From positions 197,160,001-197,224,000 of the forward strand of contig OX597814.1 in assembly GCA_951406725.2 (NCBI GenBank): 64,000 nt of DNA, given 5' to 3'. The stretch's first letter is position 1, and each line of letters starts with the position of its first letter. Below the pieces are notes generated by a model, which saw nothing but the letters and a program-made list of their open reading frames with translations, did no database searches and was not told the DNA's origin. A program made the translations under genes and the position numbers. Source of the DNA: Octopus vulgaris (Eukaryota). Shown here one piece after another: positions 13,358 through 26,562 of the stretch.

Positions 13358-13411
<54 letters not shown>

Positions 13412-13572
13412 GAAGGTCTTCTTTCAGTTTCCCTCTACCATATCCACTGACAAGGCTCTGGTCGGGCCAAGGCTATACTAGAAGACAGTTGCCGAAGTTG
13501 CCACGCGGTGGGACTGAACCCGGAACCATGTGGTTGGGAAGCAAGCCACTAACGACACGGCTACTCCTGCGC

Positions 13573-13574
<2 letters not shown>
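13193..13574 (-). mobile_element. SINE family C
   Basis: Head, internal (TA)n and tail all match the copy at 42413-42822. Confidence 0.9.
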
Positions 13575-13612
<38 letters not shown>

Positions 13613-13616
<4 letters not shown>

Positions 13617-13904
13617 TGGAGTCAACAGGAAGGGGTGGAGAGGAACACAACAATTGTTTCCACGCAACGTAATTCTCTGGAAAACTACGTTGCGCGGAAA
13701 CAATTGTAGTGATTACGAATATATATTCCTCTGTACTCCTTGTTTGCTCTAACTTATTAAATTACCCATTCACACACCACAGAAGCCCCAACGCAATTGT
13801 GACAGTAAGTATGATACCACTGTTGGATAGGACTGGGTGAAATCTGAAGGTGGATGAGATTTATACTGTAATCTACTATTTTTTAATAGAATATAACTTA
13901 GCTA
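13613..13904 (+). mobile_element. (TA)n-flanked element with 5' inverted repeat and hammerhead 3' half-core (Penelope-like relic)
   Basis: Inverted repeat 13613-13755, inner arms acaattgtttcc(a)cgcaacgta / tacgttgcg(c)ggaaacaattgt. GAAAC-AATT-GTA at 13697-13708. TA runs on both sides. Confidence 0.6.
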
Positions 13905-14059
13905 TATATAATGGGCTCTCCCGTCGTTAGACGACGTACGATGGTTCGAAAATTTCTTACCGAATAACAACACAGATGATTTGTTTCTAGAGAACAAATG
14001 TTTGCGTAAGCATAAGCTCACTCCCTCCATCAAATTGACATTACCTATACAGGTGCAAC

Positions 14060-14208
14060 TAGGTGCCACATGTCAGATGTCGAAATGGTCGCAGAGTAAT
14101 GTGAAATAATGTGCTTTGCTCAAGAACACAACGCAGTGCACGGTGCTGGAATCGAACCTACGATCTCGCAATCATGAGTGCAATACCCTAACCACGAAGG
14201 AATGAGCC
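14060..14208 (-). mobile_element. SINE family D-like, degenerate
   Basis: 'tgctcaagaacacaacgc...ggaatcgaacc...accctaaccac' is the reverse complement of a tRNA head plus CORE-like box. Confidence 0.65.
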
Positions 14209-14210
14209 TT

Positions 14211-14279
<69 letters not shown>

Positions 14280-14281
14280 TA

Positions 14282-14524
14282 ATTGAAAACATGAACAAAG
14301 AGAAAACGCAACAGCGCAAGGACATAGAACAAGTATAGTGTTATTGGACGCTAAGGAAAGTAAGAAGGAGGATTTAACGTTTCGAGGGGAGCTCTTCGTC
14401 AGGGGAGCTCTTCGTCAGGGGAGCTCTTCGACAGGGGAGCTCTTCGTCAGAAATATAGAAAAAAGGAAAATTCCGAGGAAGGGAAGACTGAGAAAGAAAA
14501 TCACCAACGATACACACGCGGTCA
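14282..14524 (-). mobile_element. About 240-bp hammerhead-bearing short element (pLTR/retrozyme-like)
   Basis: Diverged inverted partner of 14575-14793. Minus strand reads attt-CTGACGA-agagctccc...ctc-GAAACGTT-aaat. Confidence 0.65.
14385..14450. repeat. 16-bp tandem repeat x4 (AGGGGAGCTCTTCGTC) inside a hammerhead motif
   Basis: Units start at 14385, 14401, 14417 (one substitution) and 14433. Confidence 0.95.
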
Positions 14525-14544
14525 TATATATATGTATGTATATG

Positions 14545-14574
<30 letters not shown>

Positions 14575-14575
<1 letters not shown>

Positions 14576-14792
14576 GACCTCGTGAAGACCACCCTCGTGA
14601 AGACTACCTGCAATTTTTTTTCCTCTGTCCTCCCGTCTCGGGATCTTTCTTTCTCCTATGTTTCCGACGAAGAGCTCCGCTCGAAACGTCATACCCTCCT
14701 TCTTCCATTTTCCTGAGCGCCTAATAATAATAATAATACTGTAATTGTTCCACGTGTTGTTGTTTTTTCTGTTTTCCCGTTTGGATTAACCT

Positions 14793-14793
<1 letters not shown>
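14575..14793 (+). mobile_element. About 220-bp hammerhead-bearing short element
   Basis: CCGACGA (14664-14670), a-gagc-tcc-gctc stem II, GAAACGTC (14683-14690). TA tracts on both sides. Confidence 0.65.
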
Positions 14794-14840
<47 letters not shown>

Positions 14841-15471
14841 CGAGATGACACACGAATAAGCGAATATTTTAAGAACTTTATTAGCTAAAAGCTGTTTCAG
14901 CCATAAGATACAATGTTCTCATAACTGAGTACCTGAGTAACACCTTATAGTTACATCGGAGCCTCGAATACGGAGTGAATTTTCGCATTATTGTTCTATA
15001 CTCGACTAACACTTCGTTCTGAAGCACTTGTATATTGAGTTCTCGCAACGACTTAGTGAAATATATACACATGAGAAATTATATTAACACGCTGAGTTCC
15101 TCTATATTCTCAGCGTTTGCGAACGGATTGCAATTAGATATAAGATTAAGCTGTAGTTCCTAGGATGCGATGATACAGTACTCGAGTCACCTTTACTTCG
15201 CTTAAGACAAGCTGACATGCACCTTGTATCATCTAACCGCAGGTTATGGACATTTAATTTGTTCGATACTCATTATATTTGAAATAAATATTCTCATATA
15301 ACATACGTAAGTATAGAATAATTACACTTGCTTTGGGAGTGTACCAATACACACATGCACACACATATACACTCACACATATATACAAGTACATACGTAC
15401 ATATATGTAGGTACATATCAATATATACATACATATAGATATGTACACACATTTGTATGTATACAAGCCTA

Positions 15472-15515
<44 letters not shown>

Positions 15516-15718
15516 CATAGTTACACTCATATACGTAAGTATATATATGCGTACACAATATATATATACATACGCATACATTTATATATATATATATAAA
15601 TGCATTCATATATATATACACACACATATGTACACACTCACACGCATATATATATATATATATATATATACGTATATATATGTATATAGAATCACATATA
15701 ATTGTATATGCGTGCGCT

Positions 15719-15772
<54 letters not shown>

Positions 15773-16577
15773 AAGAGATAGATAGATACATATATATACT
15801 TGAATAGGCATATTTAATACATAATTCGTTTCTTCCTTAACACTTATAAGTTTCCATATAATTAACGATCTGTTCCTAATGCATCTTTCGCTCAATTTGA
15901 CGCCATTGTCTAAGCAAGCCATTAGATGACAATATTTCAATTACCATTTTAACTTAATCTATACTCGATAACCAATTCTCGGCAATTTCTACACGGTAAC
16001 AACGCAATAATGACCTTACTCTGGATAATGTGTCATCAAGCGCGCTCTAGTTTACAAGAGATGAAACATATTCGACCGAGTTACAAGAGTTAAACATCTG
16101 CAATCTTTCAGTTAACGGTAAACCGCTTTATTATTTAAGTATAACTTGACTAATGATCAACGGCTTAATTTCTGTATGAGAAATCTATACAGCACACAGC
16201 TTTTCCCTGCAAGATATGTTATTCGTTGAAAGCATATACAGCATGAATATATATCACCATTTCACTGTCGGAAACGAATACGGACGAAGTATAGTAATGT
16301 ATTAAGCATAGATCTGCCTGTTGGTCATTGTTAATGTAGAAAAATAATTCGGTCTATGACTAAGATGTATGTCGTCGAATTACTTTGATGAGTGGGCGAA
16401 GACCGCGACCTATTTCCGTATCCGTTGTGTACAACTTATGTCTTTGTGAGGAGATGTGGAGGGACAAGCAAATATTGCGTATTAATCAATGTTTATCAAC
16501 GTTAGTCTTCATATATATGTGTGTGTGTGTCTTTATGTGCCTTTGTGTGTGTGTCTGACGGGGTGGGGCGTGTTTGT

Positions 16578-16631
<54 letters not shown>

Positions 16632-16680
16632 GTATGTGTATATATGTATGTATGTATGTATGTATGTGTATATATGTATG

Positions 16681-16721
<41 letters not shown>

Positions 16722-16843
16722 ATCTCTCTATGACTATGTATATACATGTACACACGAACACATATACATATGCATATATATGTGTGTGTGCATATGTATG
16801 CACATGTGGATATATATATATAATTATATACATAACACACATA

Positions 16844-16892
<49 letters not shown>

Positions 16893-17279
16893 ATATAATT
16901 ATATACATAACACACATAAACATATATATACATATATATATATACTTATATATATATATATCCTCGTGCGCGTACATATACACACACATACACGCACGTA
17001 CACACTCACTCGCGCACGCACACACACACAAGAACAATATCAACAACACAAACACACACATAAGCAAGTTACCTTACGGATATATACTGTTTGAAATTGT
17101 GTGTGTAACATTTTTGAGCAGGGCTTAAATTTCTCGTTTAAAAGTATTGAGTATACGTATGTGTGTATGCGTGCGTGTGTGTGTGCGTGTGTACATATAT
17201 GTATGTGTGCGTGAATGCATCTGGGTTCATTTACATGAATGACATAAACTGAGAATACGAATCTGTGAACAGACACACG

Positions 17280-17540
17280 CAAATACGGGTTAAACACGCA
17301 CACGCAAACACACACTCACAAACAAACACACACAAACACACACACAAACACACACACACACACAGACAAACACACACACAAAAACACACACATAAACACA
17401 CACACACACAAACACACGCACACAAACACACGCAAACACACACACACAAACATGTACAAACACACACACACACACACAAACACGTACAAAAACACACACA
17501 CACACACACACACAAACACATACACATACACACACAAACA
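17280..17540. repeat. Degenerate (CA)n / ACAA tract
   Basis: Directly visible. Confidence 0.9.
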
Positions 17541-17939
17541 GAAATTTACTGAAATGAGAGAGAAATATGAAATAGCACTTATTCTTATTCTCGCGTGCAC
17601 TGAAAGTAACGATACAGAGATAGAGAGATACGTGGCATTTAATCTTCTTCACAATAGGAAAGAGGCAGCGGGAACATTTAGCCGGAAGTAGATATATCGT
17701 CTGCTCATAGATTATTTGTCTTTCAAACATTCGAATCTATGATTATCCACATGAATTTTACTTGTACTCGATAACGTCTGTATTATATTCTGACCAATCA
17801 TTTATTTTTTCGGTTCTTTTTTTTACACCAATTACTATTTTAAGCCATTTTTTAAAAAATCTTATTTTGTTCCTTTCTCCTTTTTTGCGCTGCGTCTTTC
17901 AACAAGTCGTTCCTTTGCTTTGTCGTTATCCGTCCAGAT

Positions 17940-18460
17940 TTTCTTCTTTTGTCTTCGTTTTCTTCTTCTTCTTCTTCTTCTTATTCTTCTTCTTCTTCTT
18001 CTTCTTCTGCTCCTTTTTCTTCCTTTTCTTCTACTTGTCCTTCTACTTGTTGTTGTTGTTATTGTTGTTGTTCTTGTTCCTCTACTTCTACTGCTTCGTT
18101 TCCTTCTTTTTTTCTTCTTCTTCTTCTTCTTCTTCTTCTTCTTCTTCTTCTTCTTCTTCTCCCCGTAACCTTTTCTTTCTATTTCTTCCTCTCCACCTTC
18201 TGCTGCTTCATCTTTCTCTTTTACTTTTTCTTCTTCTCCTCCTCCTTCTCCTTCTTCTCTTCTTTTCTTCTCTCCTTCTTCTTCTCTTCTTTTCTTCTCT
18301 CCTTCTTCTTCTCTCCTTCTTCGTCTCTCCTTCTTTTCTTCTCTCCTTCTTCTTCTTCTTCTTCTTCTTCTTTTCCTTCATCTTCTGATTCTTCACCATC
18401 CTCCCCTTCCTCCTCCTTATCCCTCTCATTCTTTCTTTTCTTCTCCCTCTCCCTACACTT
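17940..18460. repeat. (CTT)n / polypyrimidine low-complexity tract
   Basis: Directly visible. Confidence 0.95.
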
Positions 18461-18729
18461 CCTTGTCATTTATCTTCCCTTCTTCTCATTGTACCTCATG
18501 GCCTCAACTCATCCCTCTCCCTATATATATGTGTGTCGCTTGTTCTCTACAGAATGTTCCCCTTTAGCTGTGGTCACTTACTGGGTGATGTCAGCCCTTC
18601 AGAAATGTCGTGTGAGTCGTAACGTCGGGTGGTAATTGGGTATCGTGCAAGATATGCGTTGAGTTTTACTGGTCAGCACTTATGGGTGTGTGGGGCGGGG
18701 GTGTCGGTAGTAGCAGTTATAGAAGCAGA

Positions 18730-18993
18730 GACAATAGTAGTGGTGGTAGTAGTAGTAGTAGTAAAGGTTGTAGTTCTGACGGGGCTGTCGGCGGTGGTGG
18801 TGACGGTATGGTAGTAGCAACACCATGAACAATAATAGCAGTAGTAGCAGTAGTGGTGGTAGTGGTGGTGGTGGTAGTAGTAGTTGTAATAGTTGTAGTA
18901 GTAATAGTTGTAGTAGTAATAGTAGTAGTAGTAATAGTAGTAGTAGTAGTAGTAGTATTGGTGATGGTGTTGACATTAGTATTGATTGTGGTG

Positions 18994-19026
<33 letters not shown>

Positions 19027-19137
19027 ATATTAGTAATAGTATTGGTGGTGGCAGTAGTAGTAGTAGTAGTAGTAGTGGAGGTGGCAGCTGTAGTTCAGCA
19101 GCAGTATTGTTATTATTATCATCATTATTATTATTAA

Positions 19138-19197
<60 letters not shown>

Positions 19198-19325
19198 CAG
19201 CAGCAGCATTGGTGATGTTAGTGGTGGCAATCTTAGTGGAGGTGCCGGCACTAGTGGCAGCTGTAGTAGCGGCAGCAGCAGTAACTTTATTACTATTATT
19301 ATTATTAGTAGTAGTAGTAGTAGTT
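18730..19325. repeat. (GTA)n/(GTG)n compound trinucleotide tract
   Basis: Directly visible. Confidence 0.95.
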
Positions 19326-19932
19326 AATCGGTGTTTGGTAGCGTATGCCAGAAACTATTGAACGGTGGATTAAATGTCTGAGATGTTTAGCGCTAAAGTG
19401 TCTTGAAGCTGTTGCGGTTTGAAATCGCGCCAGTTTTGATTCCCTTTACATATGTTTGTCAGTGTCAGGTTTAAAGGAAATGTAATAGGTTCAAGTACAA
19501 GTAAGAGCATTGATTTAATTGAATGAGGAGACAACTCTATGAAACACTCTGGAAACGTTCCAGCGTTGTAAGGGTTGACATTTAACACAACAGATGTGAG
19601 AGGATTTGGTGTGAGATAGATAGAGATAGAGAGAGAGGGGGGAGGCGGGATGGACGGACGGACGGAGGGAAGGATGGAGTGAGGGAAGAGGAGGCAGGGA
19701 AAGAAGGGGAGGTGGAGGGAGAAAAGGTGGCTAGTTGAGTGAAGGTTGGTGGTGCGGTGTGAATATGTGAGTGTGCGTAGGCGTGAGTCGGTGGTGGAGA
19801 GGGGGAGTTCGTGAGTGTGTGCGAAGAAGGCGGTGGATGTATTGGTTGAGTGCAAGTGTGATTGAGTGAGTGAATGAATGAGAATGTATGCATTTTCGTT
19901 TATAGGCATGAAATAGACGAAATATATATATA

Positions 19933-20896
19933 TCGTTGCTATTATGTTAAACTGTTGTATGTCCAAATTTGGCCAAATATTTTTTCAATATTTAATTTTG
20001 ATTGCAAGAGCCCGTTCTATCGTAGCTCCAGCTGCTTCAGATGCCTAGATATGGAAATTGTCAAAGTAGAACGTTTTAGCGTTTTTCAAAAGTGTAATAA
20101 GCCCCACATACGACAGTTTTGCGAAAATATTTCTGATTGAAAATATCATACATGCATAAAGTTACGATTTTATGCGCTCAAAATGTGTTATTTTTTCTCT
20201 ACTCGAGGCACAAGGCCCGAACATTTTGAGGAGGAGGCCAGTCGATTAGATCGTCCTCAGTACGCACTGGTACTTAATTTATTGACCCCGAAGGATGAAA
20301 GACAAAGTCGACCTCGGCGGAATTTGAAACCAGAACGTAAAGACAGACCAGATACCGCTAAGCATTTCGTCCGGCGTGCTAACGATTCCCCCAGCTCACC
20401 GGCTTACAACAAAGTAGTATTCTTTTCTACTCTAAGCACAAGGCCCGAAAATTTTGAGGGGGGGATTAGTCGATTAGATCGACTCCAGTACGTAACTGGT
20501 ACTTAATTTATTGACCCCGAAGGGTGAAAGGCAAAGTCTACCTCGGTGGAATTTAAACTCAGGACGTAAAGAGAGACGAAATACCGCTAAGCATTTCGCC
20601 CGACGTGCCAGCTTTCCGCCTTATTTGAAACAAATAAATCTTTTGGGGAGGGGGCCAGTCGATTAGATTGACTCCAGTACGGAACCAGTATTTCATTTAT
20701 CGACCCTGAAAGATAAAGTCGACTTCGGCGAAATTTGAAATCAGAACATACCGCTAAGCATTTCGCCCGGCGTGCTAACGATTCTGCCAGCTCGCCGGCT
20801 TGCAGCAAAGAATTATTGTTAAGCTGAAACTGTTGCTAATGTAAAAAGAAACGGAACGGTGTGAACTATTACGATACTTTGTCAAAATAGCAATGA
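19933..20896. mobile_element. Second copy of the TCGTTGCTATTATG MITE, split by SINE B insertions
   Basis: 19933-20185 is the reverse complement of about 3075-3333. 20803-20896 is the reverse complement of 2950-3075, ending in the degenerate TIR aatagcaatga. Confidence 0.75.
20190..20800 (-). mobile_element. Cluster of three SINE family B copies
   Basis: Three head/body units, heads near 20400, 20620 and 20798. Confidence 0.85.
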
Positions 20897-21894
20897 TATC
20901 GAAGGTACTTAGAAATACGTACACCCATACAAACATACATTCGCAAACGCACTCGCATTGAATGAGCTACATTTTAATAATGATATATAAAAGATATGTG
21001 TGCGTGTGAGTGTTTTACTTGTTTTCGGACATTAGATTGCGGCCACGCTGGGATACCACCTTAAACAATGTTTAGTCGAATGAATCGACCCGACTCCTTT
21101 GTTTTAAGCCTGTATCGTTTGACGATCAGGCTAAGTTAATGGGATGTAACCTCACCAACACACACACAAATATAATTATTGTAATTATCAGTTTAAGAAA
21201 TAAATAAATAAGTTAGCATAATATAATGTCTAAGAGTTGATGAACCACCTATTGATCCCCTCCATTTTCTTATTGCTATATATATATATTCTTAAATAGT
21301 TATACAATCATATATATATATACATACATATATATATATAATAATCTGTTCTACTATAGAAACAAGACCTGGATATTGTGGGGGGACACGCACACACAAA
21401 CACAACATACACATACAGACATATACATATATTCCCCATCACCGTCAGCCACAATTAGTGATGATAAAATCTTTCCTTTATAATCTTTTACTGCGCCTCG
21501 TTGCATACGTTAACTTTTATATACATTACTATATATATATATATACAGTGGTACAAAATCAAAATACAGAAGGATATCCAGAGGTAATTCAGTACGATCG
21601 TTTCAAGCAACACTATTTAATTGAACAATATATAGTGGTACAATGTAAGAGCACCCTTTTCATGCAGACAAGAAGAAATATCACTCTAATGTCGAAAATT
21701 GCAAATATTACGTAAATTTTCACATGAGACTTTGCGTTAAATAGGGTTGAAAGCAGAGTTGGCACCGAAACCATCGTAACTGATCGTTAAAGATGTCTTA
21801 AAGACTTACTTTGCTTCTTTAATTCCATTTTATACATACACACAGACACACAGATACATACACACAAACGCACATAATACATACATACATATAT

Positions 21895-21965
<71 letters not shown>

Positions 21966-22001
21966 TGTGTGTAAATGAATATATATATATATATATATAT
22001 A

Positions 22002-22384
22002 CTAGCAGTATCGCCCGGCGTTACTCAGGTTTGTAAGGGAAATAACTATAAAGCATTTTTGGAGAGTTATAGCCAAAAAATAGCAAAAAAATGGGAAAAA
22101 AATGATGGTAAATTTTTTTGAGAGTTAAAAAAGGTGGAGTTGCGTCCCCTAGACGGTCTGTGGTTTGGGTTTCTGATTCTCGACCCCATGTCGAATTTAT
22201 CGATTTTTTTCAGAACTGGGGGAACTTTTCAAAATTTTCGCTGCGTTAGTTTTGAATTATGACATTGGGCTATGTGTGTGTCAAGTTTCATCAGAATCGG
22301 TTGAAAGCCGTGGTCAGAGTGAGGGTACGAGAAAACAGACACACAGAAAACGCACAGACAAACTGCCGTTTATATAGAGAGAGA
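22002..22384 (-). mobile_element. Non-autonomous Helitron
   Basis: Minus strand starts a|TCTCTCTCTATATAAACGGC and ends with hairpin CCTGAGTAACGCCGGG, then CGATACTG-CTAG|t. Inserted in (AT)n with no TSD. Confidence 0.85.
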
Positions 22385-22478
22385 TATATATATATATATC
22401 GAAGTAGATATACATATATATAGTTATATATATATATAAATATTCATTTACACACACTCAATTGTGTATATGTATATG

Positions 22479-22518
<40 letters not shown>

Positions 22519-22555
22519 TGTGTGTAAATGAATATATATATATATATCGAAGTAG

Positions 22556-22618
<63 letters not shown>

Positions 22619-22641
22619 TCATTTACACAGACTCAATTGTG

Positions 22642-22696
<55 letters not shown>

Positions 22697-23189
22697 TAAA
22701 GAGACAAGGAGAGGGAAAAATTTGATTAATAAATTTTGAACCTGATATCTTGAGGCCAATAGTGCAACTTTAAAACTGATTATTAGAACAATATAATGTA
22801 ATGCTTCTCGTTAGGAGACCATCAGTTATAATTATAAAGGAATAATGAATATTTACTCACTACAATAGATAATATATATTTGAAATTTAATGAATATTTA
22901 CAAGCAACAATAGATATATCGCTCCAACTAGGCTGAATATTACACAATATCATAGGCTGATTGTAGCTTCACAGCATTTTCCGATTTATATCACGATAAT
23001 TATTTGTGGTTTAATAATTATTAAAGGATATGAATAAAAACCTAACACTTGAGACTTACTAAAGAAATGTCTATGCGTTGTGCTATATATACGTATATAG
23101 ATACACACATATGTGCTTATGTAAATATGTACATAGAGAGATAGATAGAAAGAGAGCTGATAGATAAATAGAGAGGGAGAGAGATTAGA

Positions 23190-23630
23190 TAGACAGACAT
23201 ATATGTAGGTAGGTAGGTAGGTAGATAGATACTTTTGTACAGTCATACAAATACAAACATGCATTCTTATACATATAAATGCATCTACACATATAGAATT
23301 AAACTTATATAAATGCATATATACATAATGATAGATAGACAGATAGGCAGATACATACATACATACATACATAAGTAGATAGATAGATACATACATACAT
23401 ACATACATACATAAGTAGACAGATAGATAGATAGATAGATAGATACATACATACATAAGTAGATAGATAGATACATACATACATACATACATAAGTAGAC
23501 AGACAGATAGATAGATACGTAGGGAGAAAAACAGACAGGAGTAGGTAGGTAGATAGACAGGTAGATAGATAGATAGGTAGGTAGGTAGGTAGGTATGTAG
23601 ATAGTTAGATAGGAAGAAAGAATGAATGAA
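23190..23630. repeat. Compound (GATA)n/(TACA)n/(GGTA)n tract
   Basis: Directly visible. Confidence 0.9.
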
Positions 23631-23854
23631 TGAAAGGTCAATCGTGCTTATACTTCGATATGTCAAACTAAGCTATATCCAAATATGAATTGTTAGGGAG
23701 AAATATTTCTGCCTTCAATCATTCGCTGATTTAGTTGTATATACCTCAAAGTTGATCTACTGTTTCATGCGTATACGCATGTACGTGTGTCTCTGCGTGC
23801 GTGCGAGCGAGCACGCCTATCTGTGCACTTTTTATAAATATTTTTTTCTTCTTT

Positions 23855-24219
23855 TATTCTTTTATCTGTTTCAGTCATTTGACAGCAGCCATGCTGGAGC
23901 ACCGCGTTTAGTCAATCACATCTAACCCAGGACTTGTTCTTTCTAAGACTAGTACTTATTCTATCGGTTTCTGTTTGCCGAACTGCTAAGTGACAGAGAC
24001 GTAAACACACCAACAGCGATGGTGGGAGCAACATACACAGACAAACAAACATATACATATATACGACGGGCTTCTTTCAGTTTCAGTCAACCAAATCCAC
24101 TCACAAATTTTGTTCGGCCCCAGGCTATAGTAGAAGGCACTTGCCCAAGGTGCCACACAGTGGAACTGAACCCAGAATTATGTGCTTGGTAAGCAAGCTA
24201 CCTACCGCACAGCCACTCA
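23855..24219 (-). mobile_element. SINE family C
   Basis: Near full-length match to family C. Confidence 0.88.
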
Positions 24220-24607
24220 ACCGAAAGAAGTTTGATTGTGACTTTGAAGTTTCGGCTAAGTCCAGGTCCTTAGGCTAACTGAAAACCTTTAGTACCCTAA
24301 AACTTCGCAGTCGCTTTCAACCTGTTTTCTGGTTCGGAAAGTTAAGGCATCTTCGCATAAAACAATCATAAATATGTATGGATTAATGGAGGCAAGGGAG
24401 AGCAAATTTAAACGTACAGTTGCTTAATAGGAGTGGTGTGTTCTTCTCATTTCTCTATTTCATTTTTTCTTTAAGAAATGGAAAGAAAATTCTATTTTCG
24501 TCCACTCCTGTATGTATATATTTATATCTATCTATATACACACACACATATATTTATGTCTTTATATATACACACATACATTTATATCTTTATATATATA
24601 CATACAT

Positions 24608-24659
<52 letters not shown>

Positions 24660-25555
24660 ACACACACACATATATATTCATATATATATATATAAACACA
24701 CACACACATATATATTCATATATATATATATATATATAAACACACACACACATATATATTCATATATATATATATATATATACACACACATATACACACA
24801 TATATACACACATATATACACATATATACACACATATATATACATATATCTTTAACCACATAACACAAACCTTCAGTAGTTTTTTCACTCTTTTTTTTGT
24901 CTTTTGTGTATATATATATAGATAGATAGATGTGTATGCGTGCACGTGTGTGTGCGTTTGTGAGTGTGTGGTATAAGTATAAGTATGTGTTTGTAAGTGT
25001 TGTGTGTATGATTTCGTGAGTGAGTCTATGTGGTGTAGCAATTGTGATATACATATTTTTATGCTATGGTATCTGTAAACGCTTTTCTATACATGTAAGT
25101 GTGAGCCTCAAAATATACTTCGGACGGTCTTGTGTTTCTCAACAAAGTCATGTTCTACAATGATCCACTGGAATCTACAGAAGCAGGAAAATTTATTCAG
25201 TGAATCGTTAAAACCAAAGTACGTGATTCTGTGTTTGCAGCAAAGTATTCACTCTTAGTAACGATTATATATTGCTACAAATCAGCAGTAACATGATCTT
25301 ATGAAGTACTTGCTTAAGGATTTCGCGTCATGGACTGTGTATGAATACTTATATTCATATATATATATATGTGAGTTTAGGCGTAATACACACATATACA
25401 TATGTGTGTGTAACTTTGTAGGTGTATATGTATGTGATCGGACTGCCATTTGAGGGTTTGAACCGGAATTTTGAAATCTCTCTCAAAATTGTTTTATTTC
25501 CATAGTTAGGAATCAGAAGTTTACCACAAAATATTGAGGAACCTTTCAGTTAAAT

Positions 25556-26101
25556 ATTGGTTTCAAATTGTGGCACAAGGCCAGCAATTTCGGTGGAAGG
25601 AGCTAAGTCGGTCGCATCGGCTCCAGTGTTCAAGTGGTACTTATTGTATTGATCTCGAAAAGGTGAAATGGAAATTCGATCTCGACAGAATGTGAACTCA
25701 ACACGTGCAGACGAACAAAATGTCGCTAAGCATTTTGTTCGGTTCTGCTAATGATTCTGTCTGCTCGCCGCCTTTCTTTGAATTCAATATTCAATTCTAC
25801 TCTAGGCACAAGGCCCGAAATTTCAGGGGAGAGGGGCAGTCGATTAGATCGACTCCAGTGCGCAACTGGTACTCAATTTATCGTAATATTGGCTTCTCAT
25901 TTTTGCACAAGGCCGGCAATTTGAGGGAAGTTGGTAAGTTGATACATGGGCACAATTGCTCAGCTGGTGCTTAATTTATCGACCCCGAAAGGGTGAAAAT
26001 CAAAGTCTGTCTCGGCTGAATTTGAACTCAGACCGTAAAAAGGGTCAAAATTCCGTTATGTATTTTACCCGGCATGCTAATTACTGTCGGCTCACCGTCT
26101 T
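25556..26101 (-). mobile_element. Degenerate SINE family B cluster
   Basis: Repeated 'gcacaaggcc...tcgacccc..gaaa..tgaactca' segments. Confidence 0.75.
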
Positions 26102-26229
26102 ACATAATGATATAATATGTTGGGAAAGCAGAAACGCTATTTACAGAGAATACAATATAAGATCAGAAAGCGGGTCTTGTGGATTACATATATTCGTATG
26201 AAACTAGCTTTCATATATATATATATATA

Positions 26230-26456
26230 TATTATATACAAATGAGACGGATGACCACTATGTGGACAACCCTTATGCTACAAGTAGATCCGCTATGGTC
26301 TTACCACTAATCAATGTTCACAAGGAAAATTCAGCAAACACCAGAATTTTGCTGAATTTTTCTTGAGAACATTTCTTAGCAGTGAGGCCATAGCGGATCT
26401 ACTTCTAGCATATGGGTTGTCCACATAGTGGACATCCCTCTCATTTGTATATAATA
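26230..26456. repeat. Long hairpin: 109-bp arms, 9-nt loop; element extends to about 26549 between TA tracts
   Basis: 26230-26338 versus the reverse complement of 26348-26456: 12 mismatches by eye. Confidence 0.92.
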
Positions 26457-26562
26457 CAGGTTACTGAACCTTCAGATTTTATATGCTAGGCCACTGGTGT
26501 TAAATTAATGTTAATTTAATTAAATTAATATCCAATTTCTCAGCCTCATTATATATATATAT

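Noticed and set aside
14385-14450. CRISPR-like repeat
   Set aside because: Contiguous 16-bp units without spacers, no cas genes, eukaryotic context.
17762-19361. Ser-, Leu-, Val- and Glu/Lys-rich ORFs
   Set aside because: Trinucleotide microsatellites open in several frames on both strands.
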